Below, piece after piece: positions 7,128-15,149 of a DNA stretch of 17,767 nucleotides (position 1 is its first letter; every line of letters starts with the position of its first letter). The notes below the pieces were generated by a model, which was given only the letters and a program-made list of their open reading frames with translations, had not been told where the DNA came from and did no database searches. Position numbers and translations under genes: made by a program. Source of the DNA: Thermotogota bacterium (GTDB lineage Bacteria; Bipolaricaulota; Bipolaricaulia; UBA7950; UBA9294); NCBI GenBank assembly GCA_039679545.1, contig JBDKUT010000001.1:1-17767 (forward strand), in the 5' to 3' direction.

Positions 7128-7871
7128 ATGGGATTCGCGATCGCAGTCGTTATCATTGTCGGTTTCCTGGTTTCCGTGTGGCGTAGCATGCCGCACGACG
7201 TCGACACTACCACCGGCGGACACTGGTCTACCGGGCCCGCCCCGACCGTCCCGGAGGACTTGCCGGTCATTCCGGCGGACGTCGACGTCCACCCGTCAAG
7301 CGCTCCAACCCCAGCCCGTCGATCTGCGGCCCTTGTTGATCCGGACGTGCTACCGGATCCGATCCGTCGACGCGCACCCCTGGTAGAATCGGTCGACGTC
7401 GACTCCGCTCCGGAGGTTCCAGAGGTCGATCCGGACGTCGAGACCACCGTCGACGAGGCGGACGAGGGGGAGGTCGATCCGGATCCCCTTGATGAAACCA
7501 CCCCGTATGATGCCAAGCGGTGTTGGGGTTGCTCGAAGCGTTGCACCTACCGCGCGTTTCGACTCCCGGAGGGTGGAACGCGCGACGAAATCCACCGTCG
7601 CGCCGAAATCCTCTTTCGCGCCGAGCATGGGTGTGCCTCGGACCTAGACCAGATCGACGGATCGGACGTTGCGCGGGTCTCGCTTTCCGCGGAAGAGCTT
7701 GACTTTGACCCGATCGCCGTTGCGAAAGCAGTCGGCGAGTCGAAGCGACGCGCATGGTTCGAGTTGTGCGAGCAGTGCGTTGACGATCTGCGGGCCCGAC
7801 GGGACAACCCGCCGGATCCGATCGTGGAACCTGCCGCGGTAGTCGCGGCCGCGGAAGAGTGCCCGTTCTAA
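7128..7871 (+). CDS. Membrane-anchored hypothetical protein with Asp/Pro-rich linker and Cys-containing C-domain
   Basis: N-terminal TM (FAIAVVIIVGFLVSVW), acidic linker, CWGCSKRC and CEQC; GGGAGG RBS. Confidence 0.7.
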   Translation: MGFAIAVVIIVGFLVSVWRSMPHDVDTTTGGHWSTGPAPTVPEDLPVIPADVDVHPSSAPTPARRSAALVDPDVLPDPIRRRAPLVESVDVDSAPEVPEVDPDVETTVDEADEGEVDPDPLDETTPYDAKRCWGCSKRCTYRAFRLPEGGTRDEIHRRAEILFRAEHGCASDLDQIDGSDVARVSLSAEELDFDPIAVAKAVGESKRRAWFELCEQCVDDLRARRDNPPDPIVEPAAVVAAAEECPF

Positions 7872-7895
7872 CGGGCGACAGGACAAGAGGACAAG

Positions 7896-8231
7896 ATGCC
7901 GAAGTACGAGGTCAACACGATCCACGGCTGGTTCCCATTCGCGGCGCACGACATGGACGAGGCTCGGCGGTACGCGCGGCGCGTGTGGGGCCAGGGGCCG
8001 AGGGCCGTGCGCGCGTCGAGGCCCCCGCGTGCCAGCATGGACGAGGCGCAACGCGAGGCACGCAGGCCGCGCGGCGCGACGTGCGAAAGGTGCGGCCTGA
8101 CCTACGAGATTGACGACGGCGCGCCGCGCACGAATGAGCCGTACACGTGCGACGACTGCGGTGGCGCGGTCGAGCCCGACGGCCGCGGAGACGAGGCGGC
8201 CGACTACGGGCCCGGCAAGGTGCGCCAGTGA
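7896..8231 (+). CDS. Hypothetical zinc-finger protein
   Basis: CERCG...CDDCGG; AGAGGA RBS; GTGA overlap with the next gene. Confidence 0.7.
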   Translation: MPKYEVNTIHGWFPFAAHDMDEARRYARRVWGQGPRAVRASRPPRASMDEAQREARRPRGATCERCGLTYEIDDGAPRTNEPYTCDDCGGAVEPDGRGDEAADYGPGKVRQ

Positions 8232-8761
8232 CCCGCCCCTGTGACCGTTGCGGCGCCAAGGTGGCCGATACCGTGGGCTCCCGGCAGTGCAGCCTACTCG
8301 ACCCGCCGGCCGACCCCCGGGCGACCGATGCCGCACGGGCCGAGCTCCGCGCCGGACGGATCCTTTGCTCGGCTTGCCAGCGGTCCTGCGACTTGTTCGA
8401 GCGGATCGCCGACGCGGTATCCGGCCGGCTTGCGAATGGCGCGGGGCACTGGGTCGACGACACCGCGGAAGGCCTACCGGGCGAGGCGCACGTCGACGCG
8501 GCACTGGACGTCGACGCCGTGGCGGACCTGGACGACGAACCGGGACCGACCGGACAACTTCTGCCGACGCTGGATTTCGACGCTTCCGAAGAGCTCGCCC
8601 GCGCCTTGTGGCAGATCGGGGCGGACGGACCCGGACCGCGGATCGCATGGGTCGGCCAGATCGACAAGCCGGGCGGTTGGAACCATCGGGCCCGCTTGGA
8701 TGGTGCGCACCGGGCGCTTGATCTGGCCGTGCAACTCTACGGTGGGAGGGTGGTCAGGTAG
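8228..8761 (+). CDS. Hypothetical protein with N-terminal Zn-finger
   Basis: GTG at 8228 overlapping the previous TGA; CDRCG...CSAC. Confidence 0.6.
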   Translation: MTRPCDRCGAKVADTVGSRQCSLLDPPADPRATDAARAELRAGRILCSACQRSCDLFERIADAVSGRLANGAGHWVDDTAEGLPGEAHVDAALDVDAVADLDDEPGPTGQLLPTLDFDASEELARALWQIGADGPGPRIAWVGQIDKPGGWNHRARLDGAHRALDLAVQLYGGRVVR

Positions 8762-8763
8762 CC

Positions 8764-9102
8764 ATGTCGGAAGCAATCGAAACCAGGAACGGGAAGGCCT
8801 ACGCCGTTGTCGACACGTGGCTCTATTCTCAGCCGATCCGACGACGGGCAGGGTGGGAGCTCGACTGCGATCCGTCGATTATTTCCGATGGAGCCCGCGC
8901 GGAGTACATCGGAGCGGGGCGCTATTTCGTGGAATGCGGACCGATGCGTCAACGGCTTGTCGTCCGAATCGCAGGAGGGGAAGGGGCGCCCCCTTCGTGG
9001 TCCGAGGAGTCACCCATCGATCCGCCGAAGACAAGGGCGCCGGTCCGCTACGACGGGTGCGCCGGACGGTGGGAGAGGTTGACGCGCAAAGGTTGGCAGT
9101 AG
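8764..9102 (+). CDS. Hypothetical protein
   Basis: ATG 2 nt after the previous stop; tightly packed in the array; globular-like composition. Confidence 0.6.
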   Translation: MSEAIETRNGKAYAVVDTWLYSQPIRRRAGWELDCDPSIISDGARAEYIGAGRYFVECGPMRQRLVVRIAGGEGAPPSWSEESPIDPPKTRAPVRYDGCAGRWERLTRKGWQ

Positions 9103-9109
9103 TCCCGCC

Positions 9110-9143
9110 CCGACTACCGCCCCCTACGGGGGTCGGTGGCCGG
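9110..9143 (+). other. Intergenic GC-rich hairpin
   Basis: CCGACTACCG-CCCCC-TAC-GGGGG-T-CGGTGGCCGG. Confidence 0.55.
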
Positions 9144-9170
9144 TGTAGGAAGCCGGAGGAGGCAGGAGAC

Positions 9171-9455
9171 ATGGACAAGAAAACGGAGACCGCGAAGCAC
9201 TGGGGTTGCCCGCACTGCGGATCGACGCGGCTTGCGCACATGGAACGCGCGATCGTTCTGTACCCCGTGAAGGTGGTCGACAACCCGGGGCATCCCGGAT
9301 CGTTTCTCTTCGAGTACACCGGAGAGGGATCCGAGGTCGACGACGAAAACGCGGAGGATTGCGGCGGACCGGATAACTACCACTGCAGCGAATGCAGCGA
9401 GGAGTTTCCCGAGCCGGTGTTGACGGACAAGGACCCGGACGACGGCAACGGATAG
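9171..9455 (+). CDS. Acidic zinc-ribbon protein (94 aa)
   Basis: MDKKTETAKHWGCPHCGS...YHCSECSEEF; GGAGGAGGCAGGAG RBS. Confidence 0.75.
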   Translation: MDKKTETAKHWGCPHCGSTRLAHMERAIVLYPVKVVDNPGHPGSFLFEYTGEGSEVDDENAEDCGGPDNYHCSECSEEFPEPVLTDKDPDDGNG

Positions 9456-9456
9456 C

Positions 9457-9508
9457 TCGCCCCTCGCCCAGCGGGCCGGACCTATCCGACCCGCACGGCG
9501 GACGGCGA
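9457..9508 (+). other. Intergenic interrupted hairpin
   Basis: TCGCC/GGCGA, TCGCC/GGCGG, GCGGG/CCCGC and CGGA/TCCG stems around a CCTA loop. Confidence 0.7.
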
Positions 9509-9534
9509 AACCGATCCGCAGGAGGAAAGAGAAG

Positions 9535-11043
9535 ATGGGAAACGCGATCGAACAGCTGAAACGGTGCCGCAACCGCGGGGTGCCCCTCGTGAGCGTCACC
9601 ACGATCGACGACCACGCGACGGCAGACACGATCGTCGACGCACTGGCGGGGGACGATCCGATCCTGACGTGGAGCCTCGCCGCGGGGTGGACGCCCCGCA
9701 ACGAGGCAGCCGGCCCGGCCCTCGCCCGCATGACGGAGGGTTCCGACCCCTACGATCCGCCCGCCGCCGCCGCACTGCGGGCCGCAAGCAAGGCCCCGCC
9801 CGGATCGGCCCTGGTCGCCCTCGGCGCGCACCACTGGCAGGGGGACCGGGTTGCCGAGGCCTGGATCCGGGACCTGCGCAACCCCTTCGAGGCCACGGGC
9901 CGAACCCTGATCCTGACGGGTCCGAGCTTCGCGGCATGGGGCCCGGACGTCGGGCCGCACGTGGAGCCCCTCGACGACGAGCCCCCGGACGACGCCGCAC
10001 GGGAGACCGCGATCCGCGCCGTGCTCCGGGACGCGGAGACGCCCGAGCCGGACGACGCGACGATCCGCCTTGCCGTGGCCGGGACCAGGGGCCTGCCCGC
10101 GTTCAGCGTGCGGCAGGCATGCGCCCTTGCCGTGGACCGCTCCGGGTTGGACCTGCAGCGCTTGCGGGCCCGCTGGCGCAAGGCGATCGATTCCACCCCC
10201 GGACTCAGCGTCGACGACACCGTCCGGAAGATCGACGAGCTCGGCGGACTGCAGGGGATCAAGGGACTGGCCGCGCGCCTCGCCGCGAGCGACAACCCAC
10301 CGCGCGCCGTCGTGTTGCTGGACGAGGGGGGCAAGATGCTGGCGGGGGGTGGGGGCGCCGGCGGACCGGGGGACACGTCGGGGGTGTCGCAGTCGATCGA
10401 GGCGGCCCTGCTCACCGAAATGGAGACGACCCGAGCCGACGGGTTGATCGCTTTCGGGGTGCCCGGCAGTGGCAAGAGTGCCAGCGCGCAAGCCCTCGCC
10501 GCGTCCTTCGGCGTGCCGATCGTGCGGCTCGACTTGGGCGCCATCAAGGGATCCCTGGTCGGGCAGAGCGAGAGCAACATCCGTCGCGCCCTCGGGACGA
10601 TCCGCGCCCTCGCCGGTCGCGCGTTCTGGGTCATGACCTGCAATGAAATGGTCACCATCAAGACCGAGCTCCGCCGCCGCTTCCGGGCTGGGATCTACTT
10701 CTACGACCTGCCGAGCTCCGAGGAGAGGGAGACGATCCGCCACCTTTACGCCACCCGCTACGGTGTGCCGGACGATCCCGCGCAGTGGCCGGACCTGGAA
10801 GGGTGGACGGGAGCGGAAATCGAGACGTGCGCGGAGCGGGCCCACGAATGGCATTGCAGCCCGCGCGAGGCTGGAGCCTACGTGGTCCCGATTTCGCAGT
10901 CGTCGGCCGACACGATCGCCGCCATGCGGACCGCCGCCGCTGGACGGTTTCACGCCGCGAGCTATCCCGGCACCTACCGCGGGCACCAGCAGCCGGCGAT
11001 GCCCGCAGTCCCCGCCGTCCGCCGGTTCGGGAAGGAGGCCTAG
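9535..11043 (+). CDS. Ycf46-like AAA+ ATPase with internally swapped Walker B/Walker A segments
   Basis: Degenerate N-terminal domain; LGGLQGIK; VVLLDE (10309-10326) precedes GVPGSGKS (10456-10479); RLDLG..KGSLVGQSESNIR; MTCN; ELRRRF...YDLP; GWTGAEIE; VPIS...GRF.AAS. Confidence 0.88.
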   Translation: MGNAIEQLKRCRNRGVPLVSVTTIDDHATADTIVDALAGDDPILTWSLAAGWTPRNEAAGPALARMTEGSDPYDPPAAAALRAASKAPPGSALVALGAHHWQGDRVAEAWIRDLRNPFEATGRTLILTGPSFAAWGPDVGPHVEPLDDEPPDDAARETAIRAVLRDAETPEPDDATIRLAVAGTRGLPAFSVRQACALAVDRSGLDLQRLRARWRKAIDSTPGLSVDDTVRKIDELGGLQGIKGLAARLAASDNPPRAVVLLDEGGKMLAGGGGAGGPGDTSGVSQSIEAALLTEMETTRADGLIAFGVPGSGKSASAQALAASFGVPIVRLDLGAIKGSLVGQSESNIRRALGTIRALAGRAFWVMTCNEMVTIKTELRRRFRAGIYFYDLPSSEERETIRHLYATRYGVPDDPAQWPDLEGWTGAEIETCAERAHEWHCSPREAGAYVVPISQSSADTIAAMRTAAAGRFHAASYPGTYRGHQQPAMPAVPAVRRFGKEA

Positions 11044-11045
11044 AC

Positions 11046-11444
11046 GTGTCGCACCACACCAGGATCGCCACCAAGATCACGAGCCCCGACGCCGCGGGGG
11101 ACGCACTGCGCGACATGTTCCCGGGAGCGACGGTCGACGTCGACACCACGGGCCGGATCGTCGCGAACCTCTACGGGTCGCAGACCGCCGCGGGTTGCGT
11201 CGCCGTCGCGCGCCGGATCGGATTCTACGGGGAAGACGTCGCGATCGTCCGGGGCACGGATGGGACCTGCAGCCTGCAGGCGGACGTTCACACGATCGAG
11301 CACTGGCAGCGGACGCACGGCCGACCGATGCCCGCCGAGCTCGCCCGCCGCGCCGGATACCACACGATCATCCGCTACGCCCGGGCGAACGGCCTGGACG
11401 TGGTCGCCGACTCGACGGCCGTCGCCGTCGCCGGGAGGGTCTAG
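11046..11444 (+). CDS. DUF1257/Ycf35-like protein
   Basis: GTG start with AGGAGG RBS; (M)SHHTRIATKITS....DALRD...LYG...DVAI....G...L.AD...W...Y..I...A..NG..V fits the Ycf35 pattern; adjacent to the Ycf46-like ATPase. Confidence 0.7.
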   Translation: MSHHTRIATKITSPDAAGDALRDMFPGATVDVDTTGRIVANLYGSQTAAGCVAVARRIGFYGEDVAIVRGTDGTCSLQADVHTIEHWQRTHGRPMPAELARRAGYHTIIRYARANGLDVVADSTAVAVAGRV

Positions 11445-11446
11445 CC

Positions 11447-11716
11447 ATGGGAGACCGGATCGACATTCTGTTGCGTCGCCGTTCCGACGGCGCGGAAGTG
11501 CTCGCACAGATCGACGCGGAGGGAAACGTTTCGATCATCGTCCGGAACGCCCGGGGGTTGTCGTGCCGCGCACTGACGGCGACCCTTGAGGCCGAGCTCG
11601 GAGACGTCACCGCCCGGCAGATGGACCCCCGCGCCCTGGCCGCCGCCGGCTTGACCGAGGAGCAGATCGACAAGCAGCTGAACCGGGCCGGACTCGGCGG
11701 GGGGTGGTGCGGTTAG
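11447..11716 (+). CDS. DUF2997-like protein
   Basis: IDAEGNVSIIVRNARGLSCRALTATLEAELGDVTAR fits I..DG.V...V.G..G..C..LT..LE..LG.V; context next to DUF1257-like gene. Confidence 0.72.
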   Translation: MGDRIDILLRRRSDGAEVLAQIDAEGNVSIIVRNARGLSCRALTATLEAELGDVTARQMDPRALAAAGLTEEQIDKQLNRAGLGGGWCG

Positions 11717-11720
11717 CGAT

Positions 11721-11788
11721 CCCTCCCGGATCGCCAGGGGCCCGCGTCGATCTACCTGCGACGCGGGCCCCAAGCGAGCCCAGGAGGG
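11721..11788 (+). other. Intergenic long hairpin
   Basis: Perfect 13-bp stem GGGGCCCGCGTCG (11737-11749)/CGACGCGGGCCCC (11759-11771), extended by TCGC/GCGA and CCCTCC/GGAGGG. Confidence 0.8.
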
Positions 11789-11808
11789 CCGCAAGGAGGA
11801 GAAGAGAA

Positions 11809-12003
11809 ATGGAACGCTTCGACGTGACATGGACGATCATCGACGCGACGGGGCAGGAGCTCCGCCGCACTGCGGGCCCGTTCCACCATCGGCCGACGGC
11901 CGAGCGGTTCGCCGCTGGCCTGTCGGAGTCGATCGGGCCCCGGCTCGGGAACGTGCAGATCGTCACCACCACCACCGACGACGACACCAGGAAGGAAGGC
12001 TAG
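11809..12003 (+). CDS. Small hypothetical protein (64 aa)
   Basis: AAGGAGGAGAAGAGAA-ATG; MERFDVTWTIIDATGQELRRTAGPF... Confidence 0.7.
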   Translation: MERFDVTWTIIDATGQELRRTAGPFHHRPTAERFAAGLSESIGPRLGNVQIVTTTTDDDTRKEG

Positions 12004-12006
12004 GAC

Positions 12007-13026
12007 ATGCCGCAGAGCAACGAGACCACGACGACCCGCGCGAACGACGCGTCGATCCTTGACCGCGCAACGGTGGTGTCGATCCGGATCGGCCGGCTCG
12101 GTATCCGCCGCAAGGTGTCCTCCGACCGCGTCCGCCTCCGGGAGACGATGCAGCAGCAGGCCTCCGGTGAGGGCACGAGGGAACCGGACGCGGACATGAT
12201 CGCGGTCAGTAAGGAGATCCTCAGCTGCGACGAGTACGACGCGATCACGTCCCTGGACTCCGAGGTCCGCGCGGACGTCAACCGGCTCGCCCTGCCGTTC
12301 AAGCTCCGGGCCGGCGCCTATCTGGTCGCCGACGGCATCCTTGACCGCGTCGACGCCATGCTGGACGAGTACCAGGAACGGCGCCGGCACCTGGTCGATC
12401 GGTTCCTGCAGGTTTACGCGATCGCCCGGGACGAGGCCAGCAAGCGGCTCGGCGATCTGTACGAGCGTGGCGACTACCCGCACGTCGACGACGTCCGGGA
12501 AGCGTTCAGCGTGCGGGTGCGGTACGAGTCATGGGGCGCCCCGCAACGTCTCGAGTCCCTCTCCCAGCGCATCTACCAGCGGGAACGCGAGCAGACCGCC
12601 CGCGATCTGCAGGATGCCAGCCGGGAGATTCGGGACGGCATGCGCGCGGCCCTCGCCGGCCTCGTCGGGCACCTGGTCGACGTGCTGCAGCCCGGGCCCG
12701 ACGGCAAGCCGCGGACGTTCCGAAACTCGACGATCGACAACATCGTCGGTTTCCTCGACACGTTCCACGCCCGGAACGTGGTAGGGGATGACGAGCTCGG
12801 GCAGATCGTCAGCGACGCCCGCGCCATCCTCGACGGAGCCGACCCGCAGTCGATCCGCAAGGCCCCCATGATTCAGCAAATGGTCCGGGACGGGATGACC
12901 CAGGTCCGGCAACGGCTCGAGCAGTTGACCGAGACCCGTGGCCGCCGGTTCCGGCTCGAGTCTCCGGACGAGGCGCCCCCCGCCGCGTCCGGCAGCTTCG
13001 CGGAGACGCCGACCCCGGCGCAGTAG
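12007..13026 (+). CDS. DUF3150-like helical protein
   Basis: VVSIRIGRLGIRRKV...VSKEIL...ALPF...GAYLV...FLQVY...LGDLYERGDYP..DDVREAF, followed by a coiled coil and GKPRTFRNSTIDNI..FLD.F...NV..D.EL. Confidence 0.6.
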   Translation: MPQSNETTTTRANDASILDRATVVSIRIGRLGIRRKVSSDRVRLRETMQQQASGEGTREPDADMIAVSKEILSCDEYDAITSLDSEVRADVNRLALPFKLRAGAYLVADGILDRVDAMLDEYQERRRHLVDRFLQVYAIARDEASKRLGDLYERGDYPHVDDVREAFSVRVRYESWGAPQRLESLSQRIYQREREQTARDLQDASREIRDGMRAALAGLVGHLVDVLQPGPDGKPRTFRNSTIDNIVGFLDTFHARNVVGDDELGQIVSDARAILDGADPQSIRKAPMIQQMVRDGMTQVRQRLEQLTETRGRRFRLESPDEAPPAASGSFAETPTPAQ

Positions 13027-13036
13027 CGCGGAGCAG

Positions 13037-13110
13037 GCCGAGGGATCCGGCTGCCCCCGGATCCCCCGGCTCCCCCGGAGCCCGACACGGATCGGACGCC
13101 GGGGGAGCCG
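13037..13110 (+). other. Intergenic tandem hairpins
   Basis: GGGATCCGG/CCGGATCCC (13042-13065) and perfect 12-bp CGGCTCCCCCGG/CCGGGGGAGCCG (13067-13110). Confidence 0.8.
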
Positions 13111-13138
13111 CAAGGCGCGGCGGAGGAGGAGGAAGGAA

Positions 13139-13387
13139 ATGACGACAGAGGAACAACGCAGCCACCTATGGGACGTTTGGGTCGGGTCGCAGTCGCCGCT
13201 CGACTTCGCACACGGGATCCAGGCGTCCGCGGTCTCTCCGGAGAAAGCGATCGAAGCGTATTGCCGCGCCATGAACGCGCAGGAACCCGCCGACCAGCAG
13301 GCCACCGACGACCAGATCGCGGAGGCCGTGTCGGCCCTGCTCGTTCTGTCGCAGCGTGCGCTCGAGGAGGAACAGCGACGGGGGTAG
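13139..13387 (+). CDS. Hypothetical protein (82 aa)
   Basis: GGAGGAGGAGGAAGGAA-ATG; MTTEEQRSHLWDVWVGSQ... Confidence 0.7.
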   Translation: MTTEEQRSHLWDVWVGSQSPLDFAHGIQASAVSPEKAIEAYCRAMNAQEPADQQATDDQIAEAVSALLVLSQRALEEEQRRG

Positions 13388-13390
13388 CCG

Positions 13391-13473
13391 CCGGCGGTTC
13401 CAGGCCGCCGGGGGTGCACGGCGTAACCCTCCCCTCCCGCGCCGTGCTTCCCCGGGAGCCTGGAATGGACCGG
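13391..13473 (+). other. Intergenic long interrupted hairpin
   Basis: TTCCAGGC/GCCTGGAA, CCGGGG/CCCCGG and GCACGGCG/CGCCGTGC stems; pyrimidine-rich loop containing CCTCC. Confidence 0.8.
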
Positions 13474-13494
13474 GCCCAAGAGGAGGAACACGAC

Positions 13495-13812
13495 ATGAGC
13501 AGCAACCAGCAGCCCGACAACAGCGATTGCGTCCGCCCGCACGTCGACGTCCACCTGGACGAGCAGATCCGGGGCGTGGCCGATCTGGTCTTCGAGCTCA
13601 TCGGCGATCACATGAGGCGCCTGTCCGAAGCCGAGCCGACCGACCTGCAGACGTGGACGGCGGCCGCCGCGGTTCTGTCCGCCGCCACGCAGCGCGCCGC
13701 CATGTTCGCGATCCGGAACGGCGCCGACGGTGTCTCGCTCGCCCGGACCGTCCGGGCCGCCGCGCAGTCCGGCATGCAGCAGGCGCAGGAGGACATCCGC
13801 GCCGGGAGTTGA
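13495..13812 (+). CDS. Hypothetical helical protein (105 aa)
   Basis: GAGGAGGA RBS; MSSNQQPDNSDCVRPH... Confidence 0.7.
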   Translation: MSSNQQPDNSDCVRPHVDVHLDEQIRGVADLVFELIGDHMRRLSEAEPTDLQTWTAAAAVLSAATQRAAMFAIRNGADGVSLARTVRAAAQSGMQQAQEDIRAGS

Positions 13813-13867
13813 CGCACGGCCGATCGTGCTACCATCGGCACGAGCAGGAGGGGAGGAGGGGATCGAC

Positions 13868-14146
13868 GTGGACCTGTATCGCATCTTCCAGCACTTCGGA
13901 GACAAGGCAACGCAGATCGCGTCAGTCTGGGCCGTGAACGCCGCAGACGCGCTTGGGGTCGTGGCCGGCCACAACGCGCGGATCGTGTCGTGCCGCTGGG
14001 TCAGCTATCCCGAAACCATGGTCTCGAGCGTCCGGGAACGCACCGAGACCGCCAACGGACCGATCTTCACTGTACGGATCCTGCAGGCCCGGAAGTGGGA
14101 TCCCACCGAAGAGGGGAGGGCGCCATGCGACACGCCGCAGCCTTGA
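13868..14146 (+). CDS. Hypothetical protein (92 aa)
   Basis: GTG after GGAGGGGAGGAGG; (M)DLYRIFQHFGDKATQIASVWAVNAADAL... Confidence 0.6.
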   Translation: MDLYRIFQHFGDKATQIASVWAVNAADALGVVAGHNARIVSCRWVSYPETMVSSVRERTETANGPIFTVRILQARKWDPTEEGRAPCDTPQP

Positions 14147-14640
14147 TCGCGGCCCTGACAACCGCAGCTTGCGGATCCGTCGCCGGCAACGACGACGACA
14201 CCACCGACACCACCGACGAGACCGACGACCAGCACGACACGCAGCACGAGACGGAGACCGGAGGAGACGCCGACGCGGACGTCGACGCAGCCACCGAGGC
14301 GACGGAGGCCGAGGACCAGGCCGAGGCCGAGGCCGAGGCCGATGTCGACGCCGGCGACGACACGACCGGCACGATCGACTGCAGCGTCGACAAGTTGTGC
14401 GAGCGGTGCTCCGGCACATGGGAGATCGCGATCGAGCCCGCACCAGGTTTCCCGCTGACGATCGACGGCGACGGCGATGGATCCAGGATCGTGGTGTCCG
14501 GTGGGTGCGAGTACACCGCCGGGCCCGGGGCGTGGTTCCACGACTGCGACCCGACCGGGCCTGTTGTCGTGCTCGTCGAAACGCTCGCAGCCTGGACCAC
14601 CTACCGCGTACACGTCGACGCCACATGCGAGGAGGGTTGA
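14125..14640 (+). CDS. Putative lipoprotein with acidic linker and Cys-containing C-domain
   Basis: MRHAAALIAALTTAA-C lipobox-like signal; D/E/T/A-rich linker; GAGGGGAGG RBS. Confidence 0.72.
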   Translation: MRHAAALIAALTTAACGSVAGNDDDTTDTTDETDDQHDTQHETETGGDADADVDAATEATEAEDQAEAEAEADVDAGDDTTGTIDCSVDKLCERCSGTWEIAIEPAPGFPLTIDGDGDGSRIVVSGGCEYTAGPGAWFHDCDPTGPVVVLVETLAAWTTYRVHVDATCEEG

Positions 14641-14643
14641 TCG

Positions 14644-15066
14644 ATGCCAGCGCTGCTAGGTGTTGACCCGCTACGCCCGCCGCCGGCCGAGAGAAAACGG
14701 ATCGCCGTGGACTATCACCGCTGGCACCTGGACATGGTCGAGGCCGAATCGCTCGAGCAGGCCGCACGACTCGAGGCGGCCCGCGGGGTGTGCGACCTGG
14801 TGGTGCCGACCCGTCGCGCCCGCAAAGCCGGCGACGGAGACCGTCAGACCGTGCCGCGCAGGCAGCGCGACATGTCCGACCCGCTCGAGCGAGGCAAGGC
14901 GCTTCTGGTCTCAGCCAGGGCCGCGACGTGGGCGGCCCTGGACCAGATGACCGAGCAGGAGATCCGGGCCGCCCTCGAGGACCTGCAGCGGCGGATCCGG
15001 ACCCAGGAGCAGTTGCAGAGGGTCAGGGATCCGGCCGCGGACGGAGACGACGCAAGCCGAGGTTGA
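14644..15066 (+). CDS. Hypothetical protein
   Basis: GGAGG RBS; starts 3 nt after the previous stop; coiled-coil-like C-terminus. Confidence 0.6.
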   Translation: MPALLGVDPLRPPPAERKRIAVDYHRWHLDMVEAESLEQAARLEAARGVCDLVVPTRRARKAGDGDRQTVPRRQRDMSDPLERGKALLVSARAATWAALDQMTEQEIRAALEDLQRRIRTQEQLQRVRDPAADGDDASRG

Positions 15067-15070
15067 CGAT

Positions 15071-15138
15071 CGGGCCCTCGGCGACCCCAGGGTGCACCCG
15101 GCGACGGATCGGGTATCCTGGGGCATCCTGGGAGCCCG
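15071..15138 (+). other. Hairpin closing the accessory array (possible terminator)
   Basis: CGGGC/GCCCG, CCCCAGG/CCTGGGG and ACCCG/CGGGT stems; followed only by a short TCTTT. Confidence 0.5.
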
Positions 15139-15149
15139 GCGATCTTTAG

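Noticed and set aside
7190..7490. Clustered GTCGAC/GATCCGGACGT repeats
   Set aside because: Explained by the Val-Asp/Asp-Pro low-complexity protein linker.
7880..7895. AGGACAAG x2 before ATG 7896
   Set aside because: Short duplication of the RBS region; too small to support a function.
8241..9455. 404-aa ORF from the track
   Set aside because: Only the last 94 codons (from ATG 9171, with RBS) look coding; the rest overlaps better ORFs 8228-8761 and 8764-9102.
6017..15138. Classical integron (tyrosine recombinase + promoter + hairpin-separated genes)
   Set aside because: Hairpins lack the RYYYAAC...GTTRRRY attC boxes, and the recombinase shows no IntI-specific insertion before HxxR. Kept only as a loose analogy.
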